This document shows, in pieces, positions 38,011 to 61,420 of a stretch of 64,000 nt of DNA (position 1 is its first letter; every line of letters starts with the position of its first letter). The position numbers were made by a program, and so were the translations under genes. The stretch is from the human T2T-CHM13v2.0 reference genome, Homo sapiens. The DNA lies in assembly GCF_009914755.1 (NCBI RefSeq), contig NC_060941.1; one strand, given 5' to 3'. The notes under the pieces were generated by a model, which saw nothing but the letters and a program-made list of their open reading frames with translations, made no database searches and was not told the DNA's origin.

Positions 38011-38701
38011 ATGAAAGAGAAAGGAGCGGGTTTAGGGTTTAGAGAAGTAGGAATGTGGAGATGTGTGTGGTGGGGAGGACCATTCATGCCAAATGTCACA
38101 TCCGGAAGGGGACCAGAGGACCCTTCAGCCCGAACCCCTCAGGCAGACGAGGATGCTGGAACCCAGAGGCGTTAGCTGACTGGTCCAAGGGCACCAAAGA
38201 GTGGCTGGTGGTGTGTAAATGCCAGTTTTAAGGTCCTGGTCCCGAGTACTTTCAGCCACAACGCCTGCCTCTCTGTGCTCAGGGGCTTGGGTCCTGAAGC
38301 AAGTCTTCCAGCACTAGGCAGGGAAGTGATAAGGTTTCCATGGCGCTAGAGTCCACAACCATTTGTTCTCCACATTAACCAAGAGAGGGACTCAGAAAAA
38401 GTCATTATTCAGACTCACACACAAGGAAATTGAAGCACAGAAAATCAAAGATCATGTGACTCTGCATATTCTCACACGGCTTTTCCCCAGAGGAGCAGCC
38501 ACGGTGGCGTCCCAGCAAACCTGCTCTCCAGATCCCCCTCAAAAAGCCCTGCTGTTGGCCCTTACCCATTTCTGCGGCGTGAATACTCCCACCATGGCCC
38601 ATTTCAAGCTACCAACGTGAGGTCACCGAACACAAAGTAGGGAAGAAGCCCGCAGAATCATCTTTCACAAGCAGCATCTGCTGGGCTGAGCAGGTTGCTA
38701 A

Positions 38702-39111
<410 letters not shown>

Positions 39112-39594
39112 TGAAGCTAGTGTTGAAAGTACATGTGGCCAGTTAAAGGCACATTGTGGAACGGACGCAGTCCTTGCCCTGACTTTACAGAGTCCTCCTT
39201 CCCCAGCCAGAAAAGCGGGCAGAAGACTAGGGGAAGCTCTTCTGCCTCCTGGGATCCGCACACTGCCAGCCAGGCCTGGGACAGTGCCCACCCCTCCCCT
39301 CCCAGCCCTGGGAGAAGGGTCTGAAGCCTGACATCAGCACGCCACCCCCATGTCCACACCTGCCCCGCACCTGTGCCCTCCCAGGAATCCCTACACAGGC
39401 CCTTCTCAGCGCAGCCTGGTAGGGCCGCCCCCTTCCACTGCCTGCCGCCCCCCCTCCCCCAGCCCACCATCCTGTTTCCCACGACCCCTCCCTCCCAGTC
39501 CAGCCGCACCGCTGCTTCACCTGTCCCACCAGACCTGCCCTCAGCCTGCCCCATCCTCTCCTCCCAGACCAACGCGTGCTGCTTGCTCTTCCAG

Positions 39595-40022
39595 GAAGCC
39601 GCCGGGAGCTGCCCGCAGGCCCTGGGCCGGCTGTCTCGCTGCGATGCTCTGCTGGTCGCGGACGGACCCTGCCTCCCCAGCTTATCCCAGGCCAGAGGCT
39701 GCATGCCACTGTCCCCGGCAGCGCCAACCCCTGCTTGGCTGTTATGGTGCTGGTAATAAGCCTCGCAGCCCAGGTCCAGGGCCCCCGGCGAGCCGGTCCC
39801 ATAACCGGCCCCCTGCCCCTGCCCCTGCTCCTGCTCCTCCCCTTCGGGCCCCCTCCTCCTGCAAAACCCGCTCCCGAAGCGGCGCTGCCGTCTGCAGCCA
39901 CGCGGGGGCGCGCGGGAGCTCTGCGGGCGCTGGAACCTGCAGACCCGGCCTCGGTCAGCTGGGAGGGGCCCGCCCCGGCACAAAGCACCCATGGGAATAA
40001 AGGCCAAGCCGCGACAGTCAGC
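39595..40022 (+). other. ENPP7: ENPP7 non-coding terminal exon (3' UTR)
   Basis: Acceptor gcttgctcttccag|GAAGCC; CpG-rich; AATAAA at 39996-40001; 3' end estimated about 20 nt downstream. Agrees with my recall of the mRNA 3' UTR. Confidence 0.8.
39996..40001 (+). terminator. Polyadenylation signal of ENPP7
   Basis: AATAAA at the end of the terminal exon. Confidence 0.8.
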
Positions 40023-40399
40023 ACGGGGGAGACTTTTCCCTAAAGCCTGCCGGTTTCCCGACGGTCCCACCATTGACCCCAGCGTGGGATAAATTTCTAA
40101 CTCCTTGCCAGGCTTCACAAGCCCCAGGGACCCCTCCATTCTCGTTAGGGGTGGGCCCTGGTTGGACGGCTGGCCAGTCCTGGAAAAGGGGTGAGTTTCC
40201 TAAAAGGAAGGGGGGAAGGCATGAGGAGGCTTTTTGTGAACGATAGGGAAGCAGCATCTATAAGCCACGGTGCTCAGCAAGAAATCACGTTAAACCAGGC
40301 GGAAACACCGCAAAGAAAGTCGCGTGGATTGGCTCTGACACAGGACTGGGGTGGCCGTGGCCAGGAGCCGAGGGACCCTTCCACACCTATTCTCCTGTG

Positions 40400-40630
40400 C
40401 ATTAAGAGCATAGGCTTTGGAGTCAGATAAACTCATGTTCCAGCCCTGGCCCCCCACCCAGATGCTGTGGCATTGGCAAAGCAGTTGACCCTCCCCAGCC
40501 TCAGTTTCCTCATCTGAAAAAGTGGGATAATGAGGACCATGCCTGCCTCCCTGGGGTACCTGAGAGTAAGGTGGACACATTGCGGGGAGGCTGGCACAGA
40601 GGCTGGCCCCAAGCAGGTGCTCAAGGATGG
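40400..40630 (+). mobile_element. MIR
   Basis: ggctttggagtcaga...gcctcagtttcctcatctgaaaaagtgggataat core. Similar MIRs lie near 3290-3430, 25500-25690 and 41590-41790. Confidence 0.8.
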
Positions 40631-42086
40631 CAGCCCCTGGGAGGATTAAAATCCTGCCCTGGGAGGTGCTGGGTTTGTCAGTGCCACCCTGCATAGTAAA
40701 CCAGCTGGGACACCAGGAGACACAGTCTTTGAAGTCTGAGTTTGTCAGATCTGCCTATTTCCCTGCCTCCAAAGCCCGCAGCCCCTAGCCCCCACCCCGG
40801 GTCTCCTGCTTCAGCTCCATGGAGTCTCCAGGGCCCATTCCAGCCTGCTCTCTGCAGCAGCCTGATTGGCTGCCTGGGGCTGAAGTCCTGCCTCAGCCTG
40901 AAGAGCCTGGACTTTGGCCTGGCCTGTGGGCCCCCTGCCCCACAATCCAATTGTTCTTCCTGGAAGGACTGCCCCGGTCCCCATGCCAGTGCCTGCAGCC
41001 ACACCCCATGACACCCAGGCCAGCCACCCACCTGCACAAGCTCTGGCTCTGTGGCTGGGCTGGGGAGGGGAGGGGGGGACCCTCCCTGGACAGGCCCAAT
41101 TCCAGTCTCAGCCCACCTCAGCCTGCCCCACCTGGCCAGAGGAGACCAGGTAGAGTCCACATCCACGTCCTCGGAGTGGTGAGCGCTCACAGTGCCGGCA
41201 CTGCCACTGCCCAGTCTCCAAGAGAAGCCCTGCCTTCCTCTGAGCCCCCCACCACCACCACCACATTTGCTCAGCCCTGTTCATCAGCGTTGCAGGGACT
41301 GGGCCAACCAGAGCTGTGAGAATTGCCTCATCCACAGAAGAAGAAAAGAAACAGAGAGGAGAAAGAAAGAAGAGAGACAGGAAAATAACCAAGTCTGTCT
41401 CACATTCAGTATTCCATTGCTCCAGATGTCTGGTGTAACAAAGGCATCACCAAGAGAGTCCTGGTGGCTGGCCGAGCACTCGCTGATGGAGCTTCCGGTG
41501 TCAGGAGCATGGGGGCTGAGGCCTGGCTGCACGCATGGGGGGCTGATTTTCCTATCTGTGCAGCCCTAGGTGTCAAATGTGAGGGGTGCCACCTTGAGCA
41601 GCACAGTCCCAGTTCAAATCCAGCTCCCCCTCTCCAACACCTGCTCTGTGGCCCTGGGCAAGTTGCTAACCTCTCTGGGCCTGTCCTCCTCTGTAAATCC
41701 AGGACCAGTGGCAGGACCTGTCTCATAGGGTGGTCTCAGTGATAACATGAGTTAATATTCACAAACAGCTGCGAACAGGGCCTGCTACATGGAAGACCTG
41801 GGTGTTAGGAAGAGACAGGGCAGCAATTACCTTGTATCAAATTGTGAGAAAGTCATTCACTCTTATAGACTCACCTCCAAGCCTTCTTGCTTCTCTAGCA
41901 GAACGTCTCTGGTCCATAATCCCACCCCTAACAGGTGTCTTCTGTGACATGAAGAGAGGCACCAGGCTCAGAGCTCCAGCAGCCAAGCAACAGCATAGGA
42001 TGGACGGTTGCCACAGCTTGATTTGCCTTGTGTTTGTTTTTATAATCACCTTCAATTTTTGGTTAGTGCTACTCATTTTTCATTGA

Positions 42087-43075
<989 letters not shown>

Positions 43076-43519
43076 CATATTAAGTAACAAAGAATGAGCT
43101 GATTCAAAGAGAAATGTTGACTAAGTAATAATGAAGGTGGCTGGGGGACATGACAAACTATATACAAGAGGTTGGCCAACGGCAAACCTGCTGGGGGTCA
43201 TCAGGCTCTGGCCTGCCTCCTCTGCCCACCAACCATGTGGCCAGCCCAAGAAGTTTCTGGAGAGTAGCACTGGCCTCCCATGGACAGCATCCAAAGATTC
43301 CCCCCAGTTTTCCCTGCCTAATGCACGGTGTTTCCCGGGCTATCAGATGACCAAGTTCAGAACTGCTCAACACCGACCTTGCAATTGACTATGCAAAGCT
43401 CATTTTACCATCGGCCCAACTGAAACAGACTCGGAAGAAAACCACAGGTGACACAAAGCCATGCACTGCATATTGGAGCCACTTGGAGCTGACTGGGGAC
43501 GAGTCACACAGACACATCA

Positions 43520-44067
<548 letters not shown>

Positions 44068-44479
44068 TTAGGCAGCCCCTCCCCAGTGGAGTCAGCTCTG
44101 TATACTGTCACCAGGAGGCGGCGCTCTTGGGCCCCTCAACACTCCTGGAAGCCTTCCTCACTTCCTCAGGCACCTTTTGAAGCAGTGAGAATTGAGAACT
44201 CCCTTCTGTTCCTCCACCTCCTCCCTCTCCTCCTCCTCCTCATTCTTCTCTGAAAAAGCTTCAGTCCTGCTCAGACCCAGCCTTGAGATAGTGATCAAGG
44301 ATACTTGTTTGCTGAAGTCTTAGATGGACCCCCAAGTGAGCCCTGGTAGTTCAGAGAGGAGAACTGGAACCCTCAGGGCCAGGTTTTTCCGGGGAGGTGG
44401 GGAGGGATCCCCTGAGGGAAGGGATCCCCTGAGGGAAGGAATCAATAGTCCCATCCCTAGCACAAAGACCACCGTGGAT

Positions 44480-44668
44480 CAGTGATTTCCAAATCTGAGC
44501 AAGCCTCAGAATCACCTTGTGAGATCTGGGGCGCGGGGGGCACAGGCACATCCACTCCCACACTCCTTAACCTGAAGGTCTAGGGTGGGCCTGAGACTCT
44601 GCATTTCTGACCAGAGCCTGCGTGATTCCGCTGCTGCTGGCCTGGGCCAGACACTCCAGAATCGCTGC
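44480..44668. mobile_element. MER5A-type hAT element
   Basis: cagtgatttccaaa...cagaatcacc...gggtgggcctgagactctgcatttctgac. Confidence 0.7.
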
Positions 44669-45169
44669 ACCTGATAAAGGTTATGGATAAATGAATGCAT
44701 GAGGGAGTGAAAGCTGGTCCTGCCCATCCTCCTCAGGTTAAACGGATGAAAAGGCAGCACCACCCCTGGGCCAGGAACTGGGCAGAGGAGGGAGGGGAGC
44801 ACAGGCACCTCCAGGCTCAATCCCAGTGGGGCCTGGCCAGCTCCTTCCCAGAGAGGCGCTGCTTGCTTATGCAAACAAGCCCTTTCTTTCCAGAATGCAG
44901 GGAGCACGGGCCCAGATTCTCTCCTCTGCACTGACGTCCGGCCTCTGTCAAAGGCAGGGACTTCCTTGGTTCACCATAAGCCTTTTCTTGTGTCCCGGGT
45001 CGGAACAGGAGAACCTGTAGGTTCATGTAACCGACAAGTCTGTTCGCGATGCCGTCCTGGGCTCCTTAAGGCCTGGGCTCCCCATCTTTAGTATGGGCGG
45101 GTTCATCTCCCACAAGCCGATCCTAAGAGCCAATAACCACGCCTGAGGCTTCCGACCTAGGAGCTGCAA

Positions 45170-46510
45170 ACACCTGGCGCGGGGGACTCTCAGGGGAAAG
45201 AAACAGCAGGAATTACTCTGTCCCCAGCTCCAGGCCGGCAGAGGACCCGAGTGAGGTCCCCGGGTTCCCCGGGCAAGCAGCAGGGACCGAGGAGGGCACC
45301 GCGTCCCGACCCCTGCCCCGGCGCCCCACCAGGAGGGATGTCAAGGCGAGGGAGGATTCCCAGGGGTGCGTGCTGGGGCAGCCCAGTTCCTCCGCGGGCT
45401 TCTTTGGGACGAGCAGCCTCCCCTCCCCCACGCCCGCCTTCTGAGGTGCGCAGGGCCCCCTCCCCACCGCAGCGGCGCGGGGGCTGCAGGAGCATCTGTT
45501 GCCATGGTGACGCGCGGCGCTGCGCTCCTCGGATCCGGCGCCACCGCCGCCACCACCGCAGTCCAAGAAGCCGAGAGCTGGGGCTCAGGCGGGACCGGGA
45601 CACCGGCATCCCGCACACGCGCCACACACACTGCACATGTGCGACGGGCATCCACGCACGCTGCACACCGGCACACTCACAGGCACACTCATGCGCTTGC
45701 CACCCCATCCCCCCACCCAGACACAGACACACAACACAACACACACGCACACACTGCACACACCTGGCACCGTGTGCACCACCTCATGCCACAAGCAGCC
45801 ACACACCCCACACGCGCCCGAACAACACCCTTCACCCACACTGCACACGCTGCAGCCCTGTACACGCCACATAACACACGCACCCCACACACCCACTCGG
45901 GACCCCGACGCGGGTGAACAAGCGATGGGAACAGGCCCTCGGGGTGGGCCGTAGCGGGTAGGGCGGGCGGCGGGGGTCGCACCCGGGTCGGCGCACGCGC
46001 AGCAGGCTAGTGCCGCCCCCTCCCCCTCGCCGGCTGCCACGTCTTTGCCCTCTCCGCGGCCGGGCCCTGCGGGGCACCCTGGGTGCCCGACGGCCTCCGG
46101 GAGCGCGGTGGGCTCCAGCCCCGCACCCCGCGAAGGAACGGTCAGCGCAGTCCCCCGGGCCCTCCGCCCCTCGCCGGGCCTTGCGCGCCCCCCGCCGCCC
46201 GGAGCGCCTGAGTACCGCATCCCAGGGCGCGGCGCAGCCAACGCGCAACCCGCCCAGGTCAGGGGTGCCCGCGCCTGGGCCGCCGGCGGTGCGGTCCCGC
46301 AAGGGCGAGGGAGGGACTGGGCCTCGGGACCCCCATCCCCGGGATGCCTCCGTGCCTAGCCCGGACCGCGCCCTGGAAGAGATCGCCCTTCCATCCTGTG
46401 GGGTTGGAGGAGGGATGGGGCACCTCTGGGGCGGGGCAGGGACCCGGGCCCCTCGCGCACCCGCGGAGCCGGGAAAGCGATCCCCGAAGGCCCCAGTCTC
46501 TCCTGGCGCC
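45170..46510. promoter_or_regulatory. Orphan CpG island
   Basis: Very high GC and CpG density (e.g. 45960-46300); X-box 45498-45511, GC box near 46427, CCAATCAG 46519; no recognised gene starts here. Confidence 0.85.
45610..45895. repeat. Degenerate CA-rich repeat inside the CpG island
   Basis: cacacacactgcacatg / cacacgcacacactgcacaca motifs. Confidence 0.8.
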
Positions 46511-48024
46511 TGGAGAACCCAATCAGGCTGTGTTTTTGGCTTTGGTTTTGGTGACAGATCACTGTGTGACTTTTGGCTTCAATGTCTGAAGAGGTTCAAA
46601 CAGTGGAGAGACATAACCCTAAGAGAACTGTCCATCACCACGGATCAATTTACGTAAATGAGTTTTCTCACGGTCCAAGCCCATCAAAATAAAAACAGGT
46701 TTGGAATTGATTCTGGGCTCTGTCCCAGATAAGAAATAATATTTATCCAATGACATCTGAACCATTGGGAAAAAATACAATCCCACCCATCTCATTAAGA
46801 GATGCAGTCCAACAAAAATTTAACTTTTATGTATATAATAAACATATACTGCAATTTTAATATATTTATGCTGGTTTGATCAATTTAACAATTCAATTTA
46901 ATATTCAATCCAGAATAAATTTTTTAAATACTGAGAGCCTTAGAGTCACAGGAAATAAAATATTTTAAATCTAAATTATGGTTCAAATATTGATATTTCT
47001 AGACCTGGTCTAATTCTAAAAGAATTTACTTTGATGAGCATTTTTGAGACATAGGTTAATATTTTTTAAAGTTTGAATAACTGATGTGCCTGTTCTTGTT
47101 GCAGACATATGCTTGGGTGAGCAGTGAATTACTTTCAAACATAAAAATATTTTTTATTACAATAAGGTTTTGGAGAAGAAATGAAACAGAACCCAGAGGT
47201 AAAGAAGAAAAGGATCAAAAAGAACCTGCCCTTTTATTGGGTCACATTGCTACCTTATTTCTATTTCATTGGATACACTTAAAAGGATTGCCCAAGGAAA
47301 ACTGGAGGCAGATTGCACTTAGAAAAAAAAAGCTTTCTTGCAAAGGAGCCAGACTTCAGAAGGACTGACTCACCAAATACAAAAATCCAACAAGTATTTA
47401 AAGGGAAAAAAAATTCCCAAGAGAATCAAGGTTAGTAAATGTACACTCCTCTGTCTCTGGTGGTTAGCGGCAGCTTCCTCACGTGATTATGCTAATCCTA
47501 AAAGCTAGGACACCGGCTTGGAAAAGCAAAAGTCACAGCTAAAATTCTTGTTATTGTAGAGTCCAGGTCCACGGGAAGTAGTTAAGGTTTTATAATTTGG
47601 GGACTCTGTGATTTTTGGTTTCAACTGAAGAACTGTGACTTCTTCAATGATATTGGAAGCAGGATAAAATGTCAGCTTTGGCTTCTATAGAGAGAACAGC
47701 AGTTTTATTTTTTTAAATGCCAAAATTTACAGTACACTGGAAATCACATACTTTGCAACCATGTAAACTTCATGGTGGAAAAATGGTAGCTGTCAATCTT
47801 AAAAGGTGTCAAGGGCTATTATTTTTTTAAATTATTTTCCAGGCCATGTGGGTGAAGACACTTGGAGGCCATGACCCTAGGCCAGTTCCTTTTTGGACAG
47901 AAGAAGAAACTGAGGTTTAGGGGAGGAGAGTGACCTGTCCACTGTCCACAGCTGATAACAAGCAAGGGAGGCGGTGCAAACGCCCAACAGCCCAGGAAAG
48001 ATGACACCCCCACCACCCATTGTT

Positions 48025-49865
<1,841 letters not shown>

Positions 49866-50336
49866 ACAGATTCTGGGGCCACATCTTAAAAAAAAAAAAA
49901 AATAGTGGAAGGCAGATAATGACCATGTTTCAGACAGGGTTTGCCCAGTGGCTTCCACAGAGCTGTCCCATCTTTGGGGTGGTTAATAAAAGCTTCTGTT
50001 GGGAGACTCAGAGGGAAGGGCTGGGTGAAGCGAGCCTGACTTGTCCTCACCTGAGATCCATCAGCTCCCACCAGAGCCCGGCAGGAGCCCGGACTCCTTG
50101 GTCGGAGAAGCACGGAGAAGGTGGCCAAGGGCACCGCAGAGAGCCCCAGCAAACTTCCCCTTCGGGTTTTTCTGGGCCCCAGCTGTGGGCCGTCAACCAA
50201 ACTTTGTGAATCGACACTGGTGACTCGACATGGAAAATGACTCTCCGTCATCCGATTCAAACGTCATCAGATTGCTTTTGGTGTGGGAAGCAGAGCACAC
50301 CTTAACAAACACCTCCCCAGCTGTCCCTTTTAATAA

Positions 50337-50689
<353 letters not shown>

Positions 50690-50826
50690 GGAAGTGGGTT
50701 TTTTAATCACCAGCTCTCGGGAGAAACACATTCTGGAGAGCAAAAGGCAAGAACCAACCTTTTCAACAAACCAACCTGCGGAGAAACCCCTCTGCGAGTC
50801 CAGTGTTGTAAATGAAAATGTTACCA

Positions 50827-51965
<1,139 letters not shown>

Positions 51966-52489
51966 ATAATGAATAGAAAAAGAATTAATGTTTTCCATTT
52001 ATATCGTTTTCAAAAGAGGTTTGCTCCTCTCATATGAAACTGAGACAGTCAATTCTGCAAAGAAATTCAAATGGCCAGTAAAGCATAGGAAAAGATGTTC
52101 ATCCTTTCTAAAGAACCAAAAGTTCCAACAACAATCAGATGCTATTTGGATCTAATGATTGTTTTTGAAGGCAATACTTGAGGCTGGGGCCCTGCCACCG
52201 CCCACCCAGAATGAGACCCATTAATCATCATCACCCAGGGCTTACTCTTTCTTTTTCGTTATTGGTTTTCACATCCAGCTTTGCCATTGATCATACACGA
52301 GACCTGGGGCAAATCATTCACTCCCTCTGTGCCGAGTTTTCTCTTTGTTCAGCTGAGGAGCTCCACGTGGTATTTGCACTGTAGAGTGGGCAAGGCCCTC
52401 TGCTATTCCGTAGGCTGAGTGGGGCCCCGTCCTGCTACAGTGACCCAAAGGCAATTGTGAACACAAGACAAAAGCGTTACGTATTTTGT

Positions 52490-53450
<961 letters not shown>

Positions 53451-53704
53451 TAAGTGTTGACAGTGTCCTGAGGCGACAGGTCCTTGCTTCCCTCTCGTCC
53501 ATGTTGATGATCAGGCGACCCGCTGGATTGGTTTCCTGCGGCTGCTCTGAGAAAGCACCACAGACTGAGGGCGTTGAGCCACCCAGGTGTGTTCCCTCGC
53601 AGGTGTGGAGGCCAGAAGTCCAATCCAGAGAGGCCGTGCTCACTCTGCAGGCTCCGCAGAGGTCCCGTCCTTGCCTCTCCCAGCTGCTGTGGACGCCAGT
53701 GATT

Positions 53705-54548
<844 letters not shown>

Positions 54549-55700
54549 GGGTGAACAGGCTAGGTGTGCCCAGGGCACTTCATCCCATCTGCTCAGCCAC
54601 ACCAAACCCAGAGATTCAGGGTGCAACCTGTGGTGATCTCGAAGTGAAAATATTTCCCTTGGATTATCTCATAACATTTCACAGTGGAACTAGAAGGAGG
54701 ATGTTGAGGCATAAATGAAGCCAAAGGCTTAATTGGAGGGATGTGGAAAGGCAACGGGGAGGCCGCAGCATGGTTGTGTGGAAGAAGGGCTTCAGCGTTG
54801 TTGAGTTTCAATTGCAAAGCCACCTGGAAGCAGATGGGGAAAGCCTCTCCATGCAGGAGAAAGAACAGTAAAAGTTCCCAAGAAAATGTTCTCGAGAGCC
54901 TCAGCCCCAAACGCAAAGTGCTCAAAGAGCTGCCATTGATGCCCAATATCAGGCCAGCCCAGCCTAGAATAAGGACATCAAACACATTGGAGAAGGGAAG
55001 GATAGAAGCTGTTCCCCATCATCCCCCAGGCCCCATCCTGGGAGCCCCGTCACCAACCACCTTTCTCTTTAGTCCTCAGCTGGCCTCGATATTGTCACCA
55101 AGTAAACTTTGGGGTCAACAAACATGGGTAGGAACCAACATTAGCACGGTCAGCAAATGCGCCCCTGCTCCAGTAGCTGGGTCTTTATATTGTATCAGGA
55201 ATCCTCCTGGTCCACCTCCCCCTCACCCATTCCTTCTACTCAACCAAGCTCCCGTACCACGCCACCCCCACCCCTCTTCATCGGCCAAGCTCTCCCCCAC
55301 CTCCCAAAGGCAGACACAACCTCATCTCAGCTCGCCACCGTCCGCCAGGGGAGACTGACACACATTGACCGCTCCCCGTGCCACCTCTGCTGTGCACTAA
55401 TGCATTCGCCTAATTTCCAGTAGTCAGTGACATTTCACTGTGGAGGCAGAGGTTTCCACTCACGCCAACTCAAGTCACTGCAGCCTTCATGGAGCTCAGG
55501 CAGGATTCGAGGCCCTAAAGAGGGGTGGTAAATAGTGAAGGAGGTTACAGGCACAAGGCAGAGAAATGATGGTGCCTTCCCATTCCAGGTTTACTTTTTT
55601 CTAAAGCATTTACTAAAACTAAATTGGAACATCTAAGTTGGTGATTGCATGATTGAGATATTGGAGCAAAAGAACAGCTTGGTTGATAGTTGAGTTTTCA

Positions 55701-57907
<2,207 letters not shown>

Positions 57908-58880
57908 TGAGAAATGGTGAGCTCAAAAGGAACTCCTGCTTGCCTGGCTGAAGGCCTTGTCCAGGAGCAGGCCTTGTCCTGGCTGTAACTGCGTCTGGGT
58001 TCACACAACTTTGCATTGACAAAGACGGGAGAAAGGGGCTCTGGGGAGCCCTGGGCAGCTTCCAGTAGTCAGGGGAGGTTTCCTGCCACGACTACAGTGG
58101 GGCGACCGAGGGCAGAGGGCAAGTTCAGGCAAGCCTTGAAGAGACCCAGCTGTGTCAGCACAAAACGCAACCGTCTTTCCAGCTGTTGACCTCATAGCTG
58201 CCAAGTCAGTGCCCAAGGGGCTGGAGACAACAGGGCACCCACAGCTGTGCTCCGGGGCGGACACCTCAGCCCCCCAGGCAGCAGTGTGGATAACCCACGT
58301 GGCCTGGATGTGGTGGGTAAAGTGCTGGCATGCACCTTTGTTCGGGTGGACTTTGGGTCTTGTTGGTCAGATGGTCGTGGCTCCGCTGCTTTGATCCAGG
58401 GAGAAACAGGAAAGCAGAAGAGACACTCACTCCAGCAGGTAACCTCCGCCAGGCCGGCCCCACTCTATTCCCAGGGCGCTCCTGGGCCCCTGCTGCTGTC
58501 CAGAGGTGGTGGTTTTTCTTCCTTAAGTGAAACCACCAGTGTCTCCGGACTTGAGAACAAGCACCAGAAAGGTGAGGACCACCTGGCACTTTGTTATCCA
58601 GTCGCACGTTTCAGCTGGAGGCCAGCCCGCCGACATAACCCTTGGAGGGCCAGGCCAGGAGCATCTCCTCCTTTTCAAAGAAGGGGAAGCCGAGATGTGG
58701 GCAGGCTTGTCCCCACCCAAGGCAGCTGAGAAAGCCGAGAGCTCCTCTCTCCATTCTCACTCTCCAAACATCCATGGCCAACCCAGACAGAGCCCCCAGG
58801 CTCTACAGAAACCTGGACACCAGAGGGACAGACAGGACAGGAGAGGGGTGACAGTGTGGTAGAAAAATTACGTGGTCATT

Positions 58881-59956
<1,076 letters not shown>

Positions 59957-60494
59957 CTACTCCAACCCCTCCCAACTCAACGGCAAATTCTGAATCTAAA
60001 TCCAGAGTGCCAGCCTCTGGAAGCTCTGGCCTCGTCCCCACCCCCAAGCACTTGTTCACCCCATTTCCATTGCTTGCTGCCAGCCGCTGGCCTGGCCTCT
60101 CCCCAGAGGCTCCGAGGATGCCCAGCAGAAAAGCCCTGGCTCTGGGCAGGTTTTCGCAGACAAGACTCGCACCTCCTCTTGGACTCACGTCCCCACCCTC
60201 CAGGGACCCATAAGAGAGAAACCGGTGGCACAGATGGCAGTGCACGGCTCCCAAAGGGACCGAGTTGGCAACAGCAGGCAGTGCCTGGCCAACCCCATTG
60301 CACTCCACGTGGGGCATCCGCTGGGAGGCCAGGGTCAGGTGGGCCCCAACATTCAGAATGACAGACAGAAGTAGGAAAACGAGGAAGCAGGCCAGTGCCC
60401 ATGCGGGGAGATCAGTCTTATTCACATTTTTCAAGAGATAACAGAAATCTGAACTTTTAGGTAAAACATCCCGTTTCTTACATTTCAGTTCCAA

Positions 60495-61420
60495 TAAGAA
60501 AGCACACGTGCCGATTAGGGAAATGCAAATCAAAACCACCATGAGATGCTGCTTCACACCGACTAGGGTGGCTAGAATCAAAAAAGCAGAAAATCGCAAA
60601 TGTTGTCGAGGATGTGGAGCAATTGGGCCCCTCGTGCAGTGCTGGTGAGAAGAGAAAACGGTGGAGATGGTTTGGGAGTTCCTAAAAAGCATAGAATTCC
60701 CATAGGCACCAGCAATCCCACTCCTGGGTATACACCAACAAAAACTCGCACACAAGTGCTCCTAGCAGCATTATTCATAAGAACTGAGCTCAAAAGTGGA
60801 AACAACATCAGTTGTCCACTGGAAGATGAATGGATACACGCAACGTGTCCACATGCAATACAGGCGTGGTGGCTCACGCCTATAATCCCAGCACTTTGGG
60901 AGGCCGAGGCAGGTGGATTTTGTATTCAGCCATAAAAAAGCTGAAGTACCGATGCAGGCCACTGCCTATGTGCACACGGAAAACATCGTGCTCAGTGCAA
61001 AAGGCCAGTCACCACAGGCCACATACTGGCTGGCCACAGTGGCTCAGGGCCGGGAATCCCAGCACTTTGGGAGGCCAAGGTGGGAAGATCTCTTGAGCTC
61101 AGCAATTTGAGACCAGCCTGGCCTACATAGGGAGATCTCATCTCTACACAAAATAAAAATAAAAAATTTTAAAAAGGCCACATGAGATTCCGTTTATATG
61201 AAATGTCCAGAACAGGCGAATCTGCCGAGACAGAAAGCAGATTGAGGGTTGCGAGGAACAGGGGGAAGGGAGAGAAAGTATGGGAGTTTCTTTTGGGGAT
61301 GGTGGAAATGTTCTAAAATGGATTGTGACAATGGTTGCACAAGCTTATGAAGATACTAAAAATCATTGAATTTTACACTGTAAAATGGTGAGCTTTATGT
61401 TCGTGGATTATATTCCAAAC
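60495..61420 (+). mobile_element. L1MB-type 3' fragment with Alu fragments
   Basis: attagggaaatgcaaatcaaaaccaccatgagat; ttttggggatggtggaaatgttctaaaat. Confidence 0.85.

Larger units (their letters stand above)
39580..40080. promoter_or_regulatory. Small CpG island over the ENPP7 terminal exon
   Basis: Dense CpG (cgcgggggcgcgcggg, gccgcgac) relative to the flanks. Confidence 0.6.

Noticed and set aside
39117-40139. 340-aa and 265-aa - strand ORFs
   Set aside because: GC-rich low-complexity sequence with several frames open at once and no recognisable domain.
44404-44437. 17-bp tandem duplication GGGATCCCCTGAGGGAA
   Set aside because: Real, but only two copies and nothing else supports a function.
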